From: Candidatus Latescibacterota bacterium
GTDB lineage: Bacteria > Latescibacterota > UBA2968 > GCA-2709665
DNA length: 64,000 nt
Reading direction: 5' to 3'
Assembly: GCA_965222075.1 (NCBI GenBank)
Contig: OZ244937.1
Location: forward strand, 192,001 to 256,000
Below, one piece after another: positions 1 to 10,457 of the stretch. Under the pieces are notes generated by a model. It saw nothing but the letters and a program-made list of their open reading frames with translations. It searched no databases and was not told where the DNA came from. Both the position numbers and the translations under genes were made by a program. Numbering within the stretch: the stretch's first letter is position 1; each line of letters starts with the position of its first letter.

Positions 1-2
1 GA

Positions 3-623
3 GGGAGTTGCGGGGCGCACGGCATCCTGGACTACGGGTCGATGTACAACGATTCCATCCGTGTCCTGTTCGTTGCCGCCGGCCCGGGCATTCGTTCCGG
101 GGCGGCCGAGTCCACGCCCGTTTCCCACCACGACATATACGCTACCGTTTGCGAAGCCCTGGGCCTGGACCTGCCTGAACGAATGCGAGGGGTTTCCCTG
201 ATGGGTCTGCTTCGGGGCGATCCGGATGCGCCGAAGCCCGAGTATACGCTCTCGGAGTTTCACGGAGACGGCTTCCCCAGCGGGATTTTCGCCATCCGTT
301 CGGGGCCGTACAAGTTGATCGAGTGCGTGGGAGAGCGTCCAATGCTATTCGATCTGGACAAGGACCCCCTCGAGATGCACGATTTTATCCAGGAGCGTGG
401 GGACGATCGAGAAGTTGAGGCCACGGTCCGGCGGCTCAGGAAGATCCTCTGCAGCATCTGCTCCCCGGAGGCGGTGGACGCCCGTGCCAAGGCCGATCAG
501 CGTGCGCTGCGGCAAGAACTGACCGAAAGCGGACAAATTTTCAACGAGCAGTGGAGGCGAGGCTACGAGCGGAACCCCGACGCGCTGATCCCTCGGCCGG
601 AATTCGTCGTCGAAGAGCCATAG
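3..623 (+). CDS. sulfatase (subfamily C, choline-sulfatase-like), 5' part outside the window
   Basis: Frame is open from base 3 (GSCGAHGILDYGSMY...). Collinear with the C-terminal part of the complete sulfatase at 31597 (shared IRSGPYK, CSPEAVDARAKADQRALR). Confidence 0.85.
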   Translation, partial: GSCGAHGILDYGSMYNDSIRVLFVAAGPGIRSGAAESTPVSHHDIYATVCEALGLDLPERMRGVSLMGLLRGDPDAPKPEYTLSEFHGDGFPSGIFAIRSGPYKLIECVGERPMLFDLDKDPLEMHDFIQERGDDREVEATVRRLRKILCSICSPEAVDARAKADQRALRQELTESGQIFNEQWRRGYERNPDALIPRPEFVVEEP

Positions 624-847
624 ACCGCGATACGCGATATTCCGGATCGACAACGCCGGAGATCAGCACCGAACCCAGAATCCTGAAGCATGACCCCACC
701 ACAACTGTCGATACAGGATCCCAGCCGCGTGCACACCAACTGAAATGCTGGGTGCGCAGCAGGTCTGTGGCGAGGATAGGGGCGGCACGAACGGAATCCC
801 GACCGACCGCCTGATTTCCCGGCAGGAATTCCTGCCTTAGGACGGAT

Positions 848-3103
848 ATGATACCAAAGTCAAGGCCCGAGCGCGTCAGGATCACGATCCAGCCTGTCCC
901 GGGAAACGAACCGGATAGGTTCGAGGCCCTCTTTCAGGGATCCGATGGCTCGGAGACAGGCGGGCTCGATCTGACATTGCCTGCAGGCAAAGTGGGGACG
1001 TGGAAGATCACCGCCACGGCGGCAGAATCCGTACCTGCCGGCGGCGGCTTCCTCTTTCAGCGTCACTCGTTTCTGTTTTCGCACCGTATCCAGGACTACA
1101 ACCCAAAGGGACGTGACTTCGTCACACTCGAGACCCGCTCCGATGCGAGGTTGCGGCTCATCGTCAACTCCGCCCGACAATCACACCAGCCGGGTTTCGC
1201 CCAGGTGCTGGTCGAAGAGGGTGAGATGAAAGCGGGCGACGCCTTCACGATTCGGATCGGCGACCGTAGCCACGGGGGTGCGGGGAGTGCGGTCTACGAT
1301 GGTTCGACCCTGGGTCGGATCGTCGCCGCCGTGGACCGGGATGGAGGTGGTGTCTACCGTGAGTTGTCCTGCAACCCGTGCAAGATCCTCCTCACCTCCA
1401 ATCCCATCCCGGCGCTACTCCGTCTGCTGGGACCGTCTATCGTCTCCCCCGATGAGGCTTTTTCACTGCACCTGATGGCCTTCGATGCGAACCACAACAT
1501 ATGCGAGCAATTCGAGGCCCGAGTAGTACTCTCGGGGCCGACCGCCGCGGTGGCGGATTTGCCCAAAACGATCTCAATGGGGTCCGATCACAAAGGGCTT
1601 ATCATTCTGGATGGTATCCGCATACCCCAACCCGCCCTGATTCGGCTGATCGCCGAGGACGATCACCACGGCCTCAAGGCCCTGAGCAATCCCATCCTCT
1701 GCAAGGAAGACCCCGACCGCCGTCTCCTCTGGGGGGACCTCCACTGCCACGGATGGGGAGACATAAACATGGCGCTGATGGACGATCCCACCTTCAAGAT
1801 CCATCCGGAACGGAGGCACGAGCAGCTGCGCCGGGTTGGCCGGCTGGACTTCGGGGCCCCGGGGCCGGCCGTACCCCCCAACCAGGAGGACCGGCCGGAG
1901 CTGTGGCGTGCCTACCAGCAGGCCTATCGGAACAACGACGAACCCGGAGCCTACGTCCCCTTCCTCGCTTCGGAGGTCCACCCGAGACCTGGCGGGGATC
2001 GGAACGTCATCTTCCGCGAATGGACCGAATCCTATCACCCCACCTATTGCACCATCGACGAAGTGATGGCCGAGTTCGGAGATCGAGAGGATGTGATCCT
2101 GGAGGCCCACATCGGCGGCGGCCCCCCTCAATGGGACATCTATCGACCCGACCACGAACCGCTTCTCGAGGTCGCCAGCGGACACGGCAGCTTTGAATGG
2201 GTGCTCCAGTGGGCCCTCCACTGCGGCTTTCGCCCGGCCATCATCGGTTCGGGAGACACCCATCTTGCCACGATGGGCGCCCCGATCGCCGCCAAGGCCT
2301 ACTTTGGGAGGTGGCAGAACATCGGCCTGAACTTCCGCGACACCGGGTTCGGAAACGGGCCCATCGCCGCAGTCTGGGCAGCACGCTGCGAGCGTGACGC
2401 AATCTGGGAGGCGATTCGGGACCGGCGCACCTTCGCCACCACGGGGGCCCGCATCATCCTGACCGTGGATGTCAACGGACTCGCCGCGGGCCGCGAGGCC
2501 GAAATCACCTCCCCCGCCAGGATCACGATCAACGCGCACGCCTGCGCCCCCGTACAGCGGGTAGACCTGATCCGGAACGACCGTTGCCTCCGCTCCTGGC
2601 AACCCGATGCGCTCGATGTCGATCTGACCCACGTCGACGAACATCCCCTTCGGGATGGCGCCTACTACGTCCGCCTCCGGCAGATCGACGGCGAATACGC
2701 CTGGTCCACGCCAACCTGGACCTTCTGTCGGGATGGAACTGAGCATCCTTCCGACGATCTACCGATGTGGAACGCGCACGAACCTCTGGATCTGTCCGGC
2801 CTCAGGCCCAACCGGGCCGAGTCCCACGAAGCCGACCTGCGCCGGTACCTGGAGGTGGAAGAAGACATCGATCAGTTCCACAGCCTCACCCCTTTGGACG
2901 TCATCGACGAGATCACGGGGAAATCCGCGCTCTTCCTCGGCTTTTTCGGCACCGACCGGGACCCCATCAGCATTCGCTGGTACTTTGAGTTTGACATGCC
3001 CAAGATCCACGTCGACTGGGGGTGGAGGGACTTCGGACTCCGGCCGACCCCCCGCGGGGTGGAGGAACAGTTCACCGAGTGGCGCAGGGGCTGGATCCCC
3101 TGA
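848..3103 (+). CDS. DUF3604-like / PHP-fold metallohydrolase, paralogue 1
   Basis: Motifs LWGDLHCH, IIGSGDTH, RRTFATTGARI and YYVRLRQxDGEYAWSTP. AGGA RBS at 839-842. Two full-length paralogues in the window. Confidence 0.8.
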   Translation: MIPKSRPERVRITIQPVPGNEPDRFEALFQGSDGSETGGLDLTLPAGKVGTWKITATAAESVPAGGGFLFQRHSFLFSHRIQDYNPKGRDFVTLETRSDARLRLIVNSARQSHQPGFAQVLVEEGEMKAGDAFTIRIGDRSHGGAGSAVYDGSTLGRIVAAVDRDGGGVYRELSCNPCKILLTSNPIPALLRLLGPSIVSPDEAFSLHLMAFDANHNICEQFEARVVLSGPTAAVADLPKTISMGSDHKGLIILDGIRIPQPALIRLIAEDDHHGLKALSNPILCKEDPDRRLLWGDLHCHGWGDINMALMDDPTFKIHPERRHEQLRRVGRLDFGAPGPAVPPNQEDRPELWRAYQQAYRNNDEPGAYVPFLASEVHPRPGGDRNVIFREWTESYHPTYCTIDEVMAEFGDREDVILEAHIGGGPPQWDIYRPDHEPLLEVASGHGSFEWVLQWALHCGFRPAIIGSGDTHLATMGAPIAAKAYFGRWQNIGLNFRDTGFGNGPIAAVWAARCERDAIWEAIRDRRTFATTGARIILTVDVNGLAAGREAEITSPARITINAHACAPVQRVDLIRNDRCLRSWQPDALDVDLTHVDEHPLRDGAYYVRLRQIDGEYAWSTPTWTFCRDGTEHPSDDLPMWNAHEPLDLSGLRPNRAESHEADLRRYLEVEEDIDQFHSLTPLDVIDEITGKSALFLGFFGTDRDPISIRWYFEFDMPKIHVDWGWRDFGLRPTPRGVEEQFTEWRRGWIP

Positions 3104-3121
3104 TACCAGGAGGGCGACGAG

Positions 3122-4135
3122 ATGGAATATCGGTTCCTCGGCAAGACAGGGCTCAAAGTCTCCGAGATTTGCTTTGGGCCGGGTAACAACAACATCGTGG
3201 AAGACGGCGAAGGAATCCGTCTCCTCGAGGAGGCCTTCGACACGGGGATCACTCTTTACGACACCTCCAATGTCGAAAAGGATGGCAAGGTTGAGACCTG
3301 GTTAGGCAAGGTGTTTGGTGGCCGCCGTGATGGAGTCGTGATTGCCAGCAAGTTCTCCGGCGATGCCACCCGAAAGCACATCGTACGGGAATGCGAGAAG
3401 AGCCTCAAAAGGCTGAACACAAACTACATCGACATCTACCGGTTCCAGGGCTGGACCCCCACCGTGGCCCTTGAAGAGAGCCTGGAGGCGCTCACCACCC
3501 TGGTTCAACAGGGCAAGATCCTGCACATCGGCTGCTGTTCATTCAAGACCTTTCAAATCGCCACCGCGCTGCGGGTCTCAGACCGGTACGGATTCACGCC
3601 CATGATGGTGATCGGGGCGAGATACTGTCTGCTCGGCCAGGACCCCTTCACGCGGTATCCCCTTATGGAGGTCCAGGAGTTTGATCTACTCCCCTATCTG
3701 GAAATGGAACAACTCGGGTTTGTCCCCTATCGTGCCCTGGCCGGGGGTATCCTGACGGGCAAGTACAGCCCGGGGGAGACCCCTCCCGACGGGAGTCGGT
3801 ATGCCGGAACCAGATATGGGCAGCCCGACTTCGTGGAAAAGGCACGACTGCAGATCGAGGTCGTTGAAAAACTTCGTCCCCTTGCCGAGCGCCGGGAAAT
3901 GACGCTGGCCCAGTTTGCCCTCGCCTGGGTCCTCTCCAAGCCGGCAGTCTCAAGCATCCTCGTGGGAGCGAACCGCCCGGAACAGCTCAGGGAACTCGTA
4001 GCCGCCAGCGGTCAAACACTCAGTCTGGACGAGCTCCGTGAAGTGGACGCCATCCGCGAAGTCCTGCCCGGATGCGTCACCATCCCCAGCAAGCGGGAAA
4101 AGCAGTGGATGGATCTGGGCTACCGGCTGGTATAG
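3122..4135 (+). CDS. aldo/keto reductase
   Basis: [19 protein letters not shown] start, IASKF, SLKRLNTNYIDIY, LAGGILTGKY, AQFALAWVL. AGGAGG RBS. Confidence 0.92.
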   Translation: MEYRFLGKTGLKVSEICFGPGNNNIVEDGEGIRLLEEAFDTGITLYDTSNVEKDGKVETWLGKVFGGRRDGVVIASKFSGDATRKHIVRECEKSLKRLNTNYIDIYRFQGWTPTVALEESLEALTTLVQQGKILHIGCCSFKTFQIATALRVSDRYGFTPMMVIGARYCLLGQDPFTRYPLMEVQEFDLLPYLEMEQLGFVPYRALAGGILTGKYSPGETPPDGSRYAGTRYGQPDFVEKARLQIEVVEKLRPLAERREMTLAQFALAWVLSKPAVSSILVGANRPEQLRELVAASGQTLSLDELREVDAIREVLPGCVTIPSKREKQWMDLGYRLV

Positions 4136-4260
4136 TGAGAGAGGTGGCGTCTGAGGGGAGGTGGTCGGGGAATTCGGGATTGAGGTGCCGTGGAAGGGAC
4201 AGGCAGCCTGAACCCTCTGGACGATAGGCGTGAGGTCGAAATCACAATACTGCGAACATT

Positions 4261-4340
4261 TTTTATAAGCCATTTATTTTCAACAACTTATGAAATCGTA
4301 TTTCAGTTAACAAGCTGTTGTTTTTTAAAGGCTTATAAAA
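4261..4340. repeat. AT-rich 80-bp imperfect inverted repeat in an intergenic region
   Basis: TTTTATAAGCC (4261-4271) pairs with GGCTTATAAAA (4330-4340). Inner CAACAACTT pairs imperfectly with AAGCTGTTG, and the centre is TGAAAT-cgt-ATTTCA. Confidence 0.75.
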
Positions 4341-4398
4341 TTCAAGGGATCAATTTCGTAAAAACTGTTCACCATATTGAATCAAGGAGGCTGGAAAA

Positions 4399-5931
4399 AT
4401 GGGTTCTGACGTCGACGTGGCCATCATCGGGGCCGGTCACAACGGGCTGGTTGCGGCGGCCTACCTGGCGAGAAGCGGCCTGAAAGTGGCCCTGTTTGAA
4501 CGACGCTCGTTCGTTGGGGGCGGCGCGGTCACCGAGGAGCTATGGCCCGGCTTCAAATTCTCAACCTGTGCACACTCGGCGCACGGGATCCATCCCAAGA
4601 TCATCCGGGAACTCAGACTCTACGAAAGGGGATTCGAGGTCCTCCCGAGGGAACCCCGTATTGCGATCAACGCGGACGGCACCTACTGGGCGGCCCAGGA
4701 GATCGACTCACCCAGAAACGTGACGAACCTCCGGACGAGTGAAGAGCGGGAGCAGGAAAGCCGTTACAGCCGATTCAAACAGACACTGATAGACATCTTT
4801 GCCCCGTATCGCCTCGGGCCGCCCCCCAGCCTCGCCGACGTGAGGAAAAAAGTAGAAGGGACTCCAGCCTCGGAGGTCATGGAAAAGGCAATGACCACCC
4901 GGATCTTCGAGCTCCACGACGAGATCTTCAAAACAGAAAGGATAAAGGACAAACACGCGGCCGAAGGCGGCCATTTCGGCCGCGATCTGCTCGTATTCGC
5001 GACCGCTGCCGGGGCCATGAACCGCCCGGAGGAGGGCACCGGCGAAAGGCCGCCTCGGGGCTACATCCGGGGTGGAACGGGGACGTTCACACGTCTGCTT
5101 CGGGAGGCCGCCGAAGAGGCCGGTGCGGAGGTCCACGTCAACAAGTCCGCAGAAACCATCATCGTCGAATCCGGTCGTGTGCTCGGGGCCAGGTTTTCCG
5201 ATGGGAGCGAAGTGCGAGCCAAGGTGTCCGTCTCCAACCTGGACCCCAAGCAGACCTTTCTCCGCCTGGTCGCCCCAGAGCACCTCCAGCCGAAATTTCG
5301 AAGGCGAGTCGAAGGCCTGACCTCCGACATCAGCGCCTACAAGCTCCTGGCGGTCATCTCAGAACTCCCCAGATGGAAAGACTGGGACGGCGACCCGGAC
5401 CTGCTCAGCAAGGGCATGGTCGGTCTGGGCCGGTCTCGTTCCGTGGTCCAGACGGCCTTCGATGACATCGCGGCAGGTCGACCGACGATGGAGCCCACCG
5501 TGAACTTCTCCGTCCCTTCAACGGTGGACCCCAGTCTGACGAAGCCCGGCTACCATACGGCCTCTCTCTGGATCTGCCCCGCCGCATCAAGACTGCGCGA
5601 AGGAACGTGGGACGACGTGAAAGAGCAGGTGGCCGAACGGATCATCGACAACATCACCCGGTTTGCGCCAAACTTCCGGAAATCGATCGTCCACTACCGA
5701 CTCCGCACGCCCCTGGACCTTCAAAGGGAAAACGGGTTTACCGATGGCTGCATCCACCACGTGCAGCATACCCCCGACCAGCTTTTCTGGAACCGGCCGC
5801 TGCCGGAGCTTTCAGACTATCGGGCGCCACTCAAAGGGCTCTATCTGAGCGGGTGCGGGCAGCACCCCGGCGGCGAGATGACCGGCGTTCCCGGGCACAA
5901 CGCGGCTCACGAGATCCTGAAGGATCTGTAA
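4399..5931 (+). CDS. phytoene desaturase-family NAD(P)/FAD-dependent oxidoreductase
   Basis: IIGAGHNGLVAAAYLA dinucleotide-binding motif, GGGAVTEELWPGF, and C-terminal YRAPLKGLYLSGCGQHPGGEMTGVPGHNAA. AAGGAGG RBS. Confidence 0.92.
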   Translation: MGSDVDVAIIGAGHNGLVAAAYLARSGLKVALFERRSFVGGGAVTEELWPGFKFSTCAHSAHGIHPKIIRELRLYERGFEVLPREPRIAINADGTYWAAQEIDSPRNVTNLRTSEEREQESRYSRFKQTLIDIFAPYRLGPPPSLADVRKKVEGTPASEVMEKAMTTRIFELHDEIFKTERIKDKHAAEGGHFGRDLLVFATAAGAMNRPEEGTGERPPRGYIRGGTGTFTRLLREAAEEAGAEVHVNKSAETIIVESGRVLGARFSDGSEVRAKVSVSNLDPKQTFLRLVAPEHLQPKFRRRVEGLTSDISAYKLLAVISELPRWKDWDGDPDLLSKGMVGLGRSRSVVQTAFDDIAAGRPTMEPTVNFSVPSTVDPSLTKPGYHTASLWICPAASRLREGTWDDVKEQVAERIIDNITRFAPNFRKSIVHYRLRTPLDLQRENGFTDGCIHHVQHTPDQLFWNRPLPELSDYRAPLKGLYLSGCGQHPGGEMTGVPGHNAAHEILKDL

Positions 5932-6380
5932 ATTCGATCCGCGAGCCGGCAGGATTCAGTTTTTTTGACGACGGGCTGCCGAACCCCGACGGGAGCTACG
6001 GCTATACCAAGGCGGAGGCTTTCTTCAACCTGGGCAAGGGACGGATGTACGCCAGCGGAGGCAATGGTTCAATTTATCGCATCGACACCGAGACGGGCAC
6101 GGGAACCTGCCTGGGGACCCCAATTTCGGACCGACGCAGCCGGCTGACGTCACTCCGGCCGGACGGTGCGGCCTACGGTGTGACGGGGCGAGACGGGAAG
6201 TGTGAGGTGATCCGGTTCGACCCTGACCGGGAATCGTATGAATTGCTCGGTCCGGTTTCGGATGGAACGATTGATTGCTGGCAGGTGCACGACGTTTCCG
6301 TGACACCCGACGGCACGATCTACGCGGGCGAAAACGACTGTCCGAACCGGAGCGGTTACCTCTGGGAAATTCGATTGTAG
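5932..6380 (+). pseudogene. 3' remnant of a beta-propeller-like protein gene
   Basis: Only the part of ORF 5607..6380 beyond the oxidoreductase stop looks protein-like (GSIYRIDTETG, VIRFDPD, VHDVSVTPDGTIYAGEND...YLWEIRL). There is no convincing start or RBS. Confidence 0.6.
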
Positions 6381-6422
6381 CCAGAGGGTCTGCTTTTACG
6401 GCAAAGCCCAAAGGGAAGACGA

Positions 6423-7895
6423 ATGGGCGAGCAACCCAATCTGTTGTTCATTTTTACCGATCAGCAGCGGTACGACACCATGCGGTGCTATGGGAATGAG
6501 TTGATCCAGACCCCAAACCTCGACGGCCTCGCCGAGGAGAGTTTTGTCTTCAGGAATGCCTATGTGTCACAGCCCGTCTGCACGGCGGCTCGTTCCACGA
6601 TTATGACGGGCCTCTACCCCCACACAAACGGCTGCTATTCCAATCATATCCATCTGCGGCCGGAAGTCCCCACCCTCGCCGAGATGGTCTCCAAAGACTT
6701 CCTCTGCGGATTTTTCGGGAAGTGGCACCTGGGCGACGAAATCGTGCCGGTCCACGGCTTCCAGAGGCGGGTTGTCCTCGAGGACCGCACCTATCGCCAC
6801 CATTACTCGAAAAAGGAATACCTCGCCAAGCTCAGCGACTATCACTACTTCCTTATGGAAAACGGATTCACGCCCGACATCGAAGTCAGAGGCGCCCGGG
6901 TGTTCAGCCGCCCCATGGCCGCAAAACTTCCGGAGCCCTACACCAAGGCCACGTTTCTCGGTCAGGAGGCGGCTCGATTCATTCGGGAGAACCGGAAAAA
7001 CCCCTTCATACTCTACGTCAGTTTTCTCGAACCCCACGGTCCATTCACCGGCCCGTTCAACGATCTCTACCCGCCTGAAAAGATCCCCACTGGCCCCGGC
7101 TTCCTGAAAAAACCCCCTGAGGATGCACCCGTGCCCAACCGGCTACTCGCCGAACACTACACGCAGCGGGAGGACTATGAGGGGCTCGACCTGAGGACCG
7201 AGGCAGGCTGGCGGAAACTCAGGGCCCAGTATCTGGGGTTGGTCACGCTCGTGGACCGGGCGGTCGGGGAGATCCTCGGGGCGCTGGATGAAAGCGGTCA
7301 GGCAGATAACACCATTGTGGTCTTCACCAGCGACCACGGTGAAATGATGGGTGACCACGGGCTGGTGGCGAAGTGCGTTCAGTATGAAGAGGCGATCAAA
7401 GTTCCCCTCCTGATTCGCGCCCCCTGGCTGGGCCGCGGCCAGAATGTCGTGGACGGCCGAATCAGCCAGGTCGATCTGGTGCCCACCCTGTTGGACCTGC
7501 TGGGCGAGCCGGTCCCTGAAGGGCTGGAGGGTAGGAGCCGGGCCGGCCTCTTGCGCGGCGAGGAGACGCTTGAAGGCAACGACGTCTTCGTCGAATGGAT
7601 CGGTCACAACGGTCGCCACGCCGGAAACCGTCCGGGTTTCCCACCTGACCTTTCCGATGTGAAAACGAACCGTCTACTGGGCCTGCACTGGCGCACCATC
7701 GTCTCCGCGCAAGGGTGGAAGCTGAATCTGAGCCCGGAGGACCGCTGTGAACTCTACGACCTGAACACCGATCCGTTCGAGCTGGAAAATCGGATCGACG
7801 AACCAGGTCAGCAGACCCGGATTCGGGACCTCGCGCACCGTATCCGCCGATGGCAGGAGCGGACTGAAGACGAAGTACCGCTTCCTTCATTCTAG
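6423..7895 (+). CDS. sulfatase (subfamily A, copy 1)
   Basis: PNLLFIFTDQQR, CTAAR formylglycine motif, GKWHLG, EPHGP, FTSDHGEM. Confidence 0.95.
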   Translation: MGEQPNLLFIFTDQQRYDTMRCYGNELIQTPNLDGLAEESFVFRNAYVSQPVCTAARSTIMTGLYPHTNGCYSNHIHLRPEVPTLAEMVSKDFLCGFFGKWHLGDEIVPVHGFQRRVVLEDRTYRHHYSKKEYLAKLSDYHYFLMENGFTPDIEVRGARVFSRPMAAKLPEPYTKATFLGQEAARFIRENRKNPFILYVSFLEPHGPFTGPFNDLYPPEKIPTGPGFLKKPPEDAPVPNRLLAEHYTQREDYEGLDLRTEAGWRKLRAQYLGLVTLVDRAVGEILGALDESGQADNTIVVFTSDHGEMMGDHGLVAKCVQYEEAIKVPLLIRAPWLGRGQNVVDGRISQVDLVPTLLDLLGEPVPEGLEGRSRAGLLRGEETLEGNDVFVEWIGHNGRHAGNRPGFPPDLSDVKTNRLLGLHWRTIVSAQGWKLNLSPEDRCELYDLNTDPFELENRIDEPGQQTRIRDLAHRIRRWQERTEDEVPLPSF

Positions 7896-7909
7896 GGAAG
7901 TAAAGCCCC

Positions 7910-9370
7910 ATGCCCCCCACCACACCGGATCGACCGAACGTTCTTCTGATCTGCACGGACCACTGGAGCGGGCTGATCACGCGGCAGGCGGGACATCCGG
8001 TGGTAATGACGCCAACCCTCGACCAATTCAGTCGAAACGGCGTGACGTTTACCAACGCCTATTCCGCCACCCCCTCCTGCATCCCGGCTCGCCGGACGCT
8101 GATGACGGGCATGAGCAATCGCTCCCTCGGAGGACGGGATCTGACCAGCCGGGATAGGCTTCCTGATGTGCCCACGATGGCCCAGTGTTTTCGGGACGGG
8201 GGGTATCAGGCCTATGCGGTGGGGAAGCTGCACGTCTATCCCCAGCGCAATCGTATCGGGTTCGACGACGCGATCATAGACGAGCAGGGCCGCCAGCACC
8301 TGGGCGGAGGGGCAGATGACTACGAACTGTTCCTGGTGGATCAAGGGTATCCCGGGCTGGCGTACGGCACCGGCATGGTCCACAACGATATGATCACCCG
8401 CCCCTGGCACCTTCCCGAGTACTGCCATCCGGTCAACTGGGCGGTTCGTGAAATGTCGCGGACGATCCGCAGGAGAGATCCGCAAAAACCGGGCTTCTGG
8501 TACCTCTCCTTCAGTCCCTTGTCAGCGTCGATGACTCCACTGCAGGCCTATCTGGACCTCTATCGTGATATCGAGATCGACCGGCCCTCCACGGGCAACT
8601 GGTCCTCTGACCCGGATCGCCTCCCCTATGCGCTCAAGGCAAAAAACGTGAACAAAAGCTCGCTCGTGGACGCCCCGTGGCACGATCAGGAACTGGCCCG
8701 ACGGGGGTTTTACGCCATCGCCACACAGATCGACCATCAGATCCGGTTGATGGTTGGCATGCTGCGCGAGGAGGACCTCCTGGACAATACCGTGATCGTC
8801 TTCACGGGCGATCACGGCCATATGCTCGGAGACCACGGCCTCTGGTGCATGACGCCCTTTTACGAGATGGCGGCGAAGATCCCGCTGATCATCGTGCCGC
8901 CTGCTGCGGATACCCGCTTTCAGCGGGGCGCTGTCGACGGGCGCCTCGCGGAGTTCGGCGACATCATGCCGACGCTGCTGGACCTCTGCACCCTGCCGAT
9001 CCCCGACACGGTGGAGGGGATTTCCCTGTGGAGCGACCGGCGGCGGGACGTTCTGTTTGGGGAGATGGCCAAAGGGAAACAGGCCATGCGCACGATCCGT
9101 GCCGGACGATACAAGCTGATTTATTACCCGACCGGGAATCACGTCCAGCTCTTCGACACCGAGGACGATCCCCGGGAGACGACCGATCTGTCAGGGGATT
9201 CCCGGTACGCCGAAGAGCGGGAGCGTCTGAAGGACCTGCTGATCCAGCATTTGTACGGAGGTGACGAGGAGTGGGTACAGGACGGGGAGCTGGTGGGCCT
9301 GCCGGAGGTGAAATTCGTCTCGCCCGACGCGCGGGACCTGGGAAATCAAAGAGGGCTCCGATTCTTGTAG
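7910..9370 (+). CDS. sulfatase (subfamily B, copy 1)
   Basis: PNVLLICTDH, CIPAR, GKLH, GDHGHM. Close paralogue of 42156..43616. Confidence 0.93.
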   Translation: MPPTTPDRPNVLLICTDHWSGLITRQAGHPVVMTPTLDQFSRNGVTFTNAYSATPSCIPARRTLMTGMSNRSLGGRDLTSRDRLPDVPTMAQCFRDGGYQAYAVGKLHVYPQRNRIGFDDAIIDEQGRQHLGGGADDYELFLVDQGYPGLAYGTGMVHNDMITRPWHLPEYCHPVNWAVREMSRTIRRRDPQKPGFWYLSFSPLSASMTPLQAYLDLYRDIEIDRPSTGNWSSDPDRLPYALKAKNVNKSSLVDAPWHDQELARRGFYAIATQIDHQIRLMVGMLREEDLLDNTVIVFTGDHGHMLGDHGLWCMTPFYEMAAKIPLIIVPPAADTRFQRGAVDGRLAEFGDIMPTLLDLCTLPIPDTVEGISLWSDRRRDVLFGEMAKGKQAMRTIRAGRYKLIYYPTGNHVQLFDTEDDPRETTDLSGDSRYAEERERLKDLLIQHLYGGDEEWVQDGELVGLPEVKFVSPDARDLGNQRGLRFL

Positions 9371-9397
9371 ATGACTGATTCGTTTGGAGGCAATGGA

Positions 9398-10318
9398 ATG
9401 GCGCGAACACCCCTTTACGTCTGTATGACTATGGACGTGGAAAGAGCCCGCGAATCCGGAGTAAGGGTGGGGCCGCCCACGTGGGCGTTCGCCGAACGGT
9501 CGGTGCGCGCCTACTGTGGCCTGCTGGCCGAACACGGTCTGCCCGCCACGCTGTTTGTCGTGCCGGATACGGCGACCGAACAGGGCAGGATGCTCAGGGA
9601 GGTCGCCGAGGAGACCGGGGCAGAGTTGGGGATGCACTTCCACCCCCAGTTCTGGAGGGACAACCATGAAAACGAGGCGGCCTACGACTGCCTGGGCGGC
9701 TATACCGGGGAGGAGCAAAAGGCGATCCTCTCGGAGGCGCTGGGCCAGGTGGCCGAGGGACTGGGGATGCGCCCGAAGGCATTCCGTCCCGGGAACGTTT
9801 CGGCGAACGACGAAACCTTCCAGGTGCTGGTCGATCTCGGATTTACCCACGGGAGCGTAAGCCAGCCGGGACGGGCGGTCTCTCGGGTAAGGGCGGTGTG
9901 GCGGGACGCATGCCTGGACGTGCACCGGGCGCACCGGGCGTTCAGGATGGTGCCGGGGGATCTCGATTTTGTCGAAGTTCCGATCACGAGCGACCAGGAT
10001 CGGAGCGACACCAGGTGGGGGGTGGGCGACGTGCGATTCGAGAAGGCCACACCTGAGCAAGTGGAGAAGGCGGTGAGACAGCACGTGACCCGACAGGTGG
10101 ACGAAGGCATTCCCATCAAGAACATCTGTCTGTTTACCCACAATACGGTAAATCTATGGTCTGCCGATGAGTCGGAGCAGGGGAGGCGTGGGGTGGTGGA
10201 GGAATCGATCTCCAGAATCCGCAAGATTGCGGACGATTTGGGGCTGGAGGTCAAGGGGGCGACGGTGGCGGAGGTGCGAGAAGCGTTCCTGGCAGCGGAG
10301 CGATCGGACGGGACCTGA
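9398..10318 (+). CDS. polysaccharide deacetylase (NodB-like) family protein
   Basis: MTMDVE, ATLFV, ELGMHFH and AFRPG motifs. Start moved to ATG 9398 behind GGAGG (9386-9390). Confidence 0.8.
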   Translation: MARTPLYVCMTMDVERARESGVRVGPPTWAFAERSVRAYCGLLAEHGLPATLFVVPDTATEQGRMLREVAEETGAELGMHFHPQFWRDNHENEAAYDCLGGYTGEEQKAILSEALGQVAEGLGMRPKAFRPGNVSANDETFQVLVDLGFTHGSVSQPGRAVSRVRAVWRDACLDVHRAHRAFRMVPGDLDFVEVPITSDQDRSDTRWGVGDVRFEKATPEQVEKAVRQHVTRQVDEGIPIKNICLFTHNTVNLWSADESEQGRRGVVEESISRIRKIADDLGLEVKGATVAEVREAFLAAERSDGT

Positions 10319-10457
10319 GACCCTTCTATCGGCGACCCGTCTGCACAGGGGCAGGTGCATACTCGGATGGCCCGCTAAGGTCGGGATGGCCAGATATGAG
10401 GGCAAGGACGTCATCCTGACGTTTCAAGCCCATAGTGAATCCCATTGAGGAGATCCC

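Noticed and set aside
4399-5931. Carotenoid biosynthesis (crtI) assignment
   Set aside because: No other crt genes are nearby and the context is catabolic. Only family-level similarity is supported.
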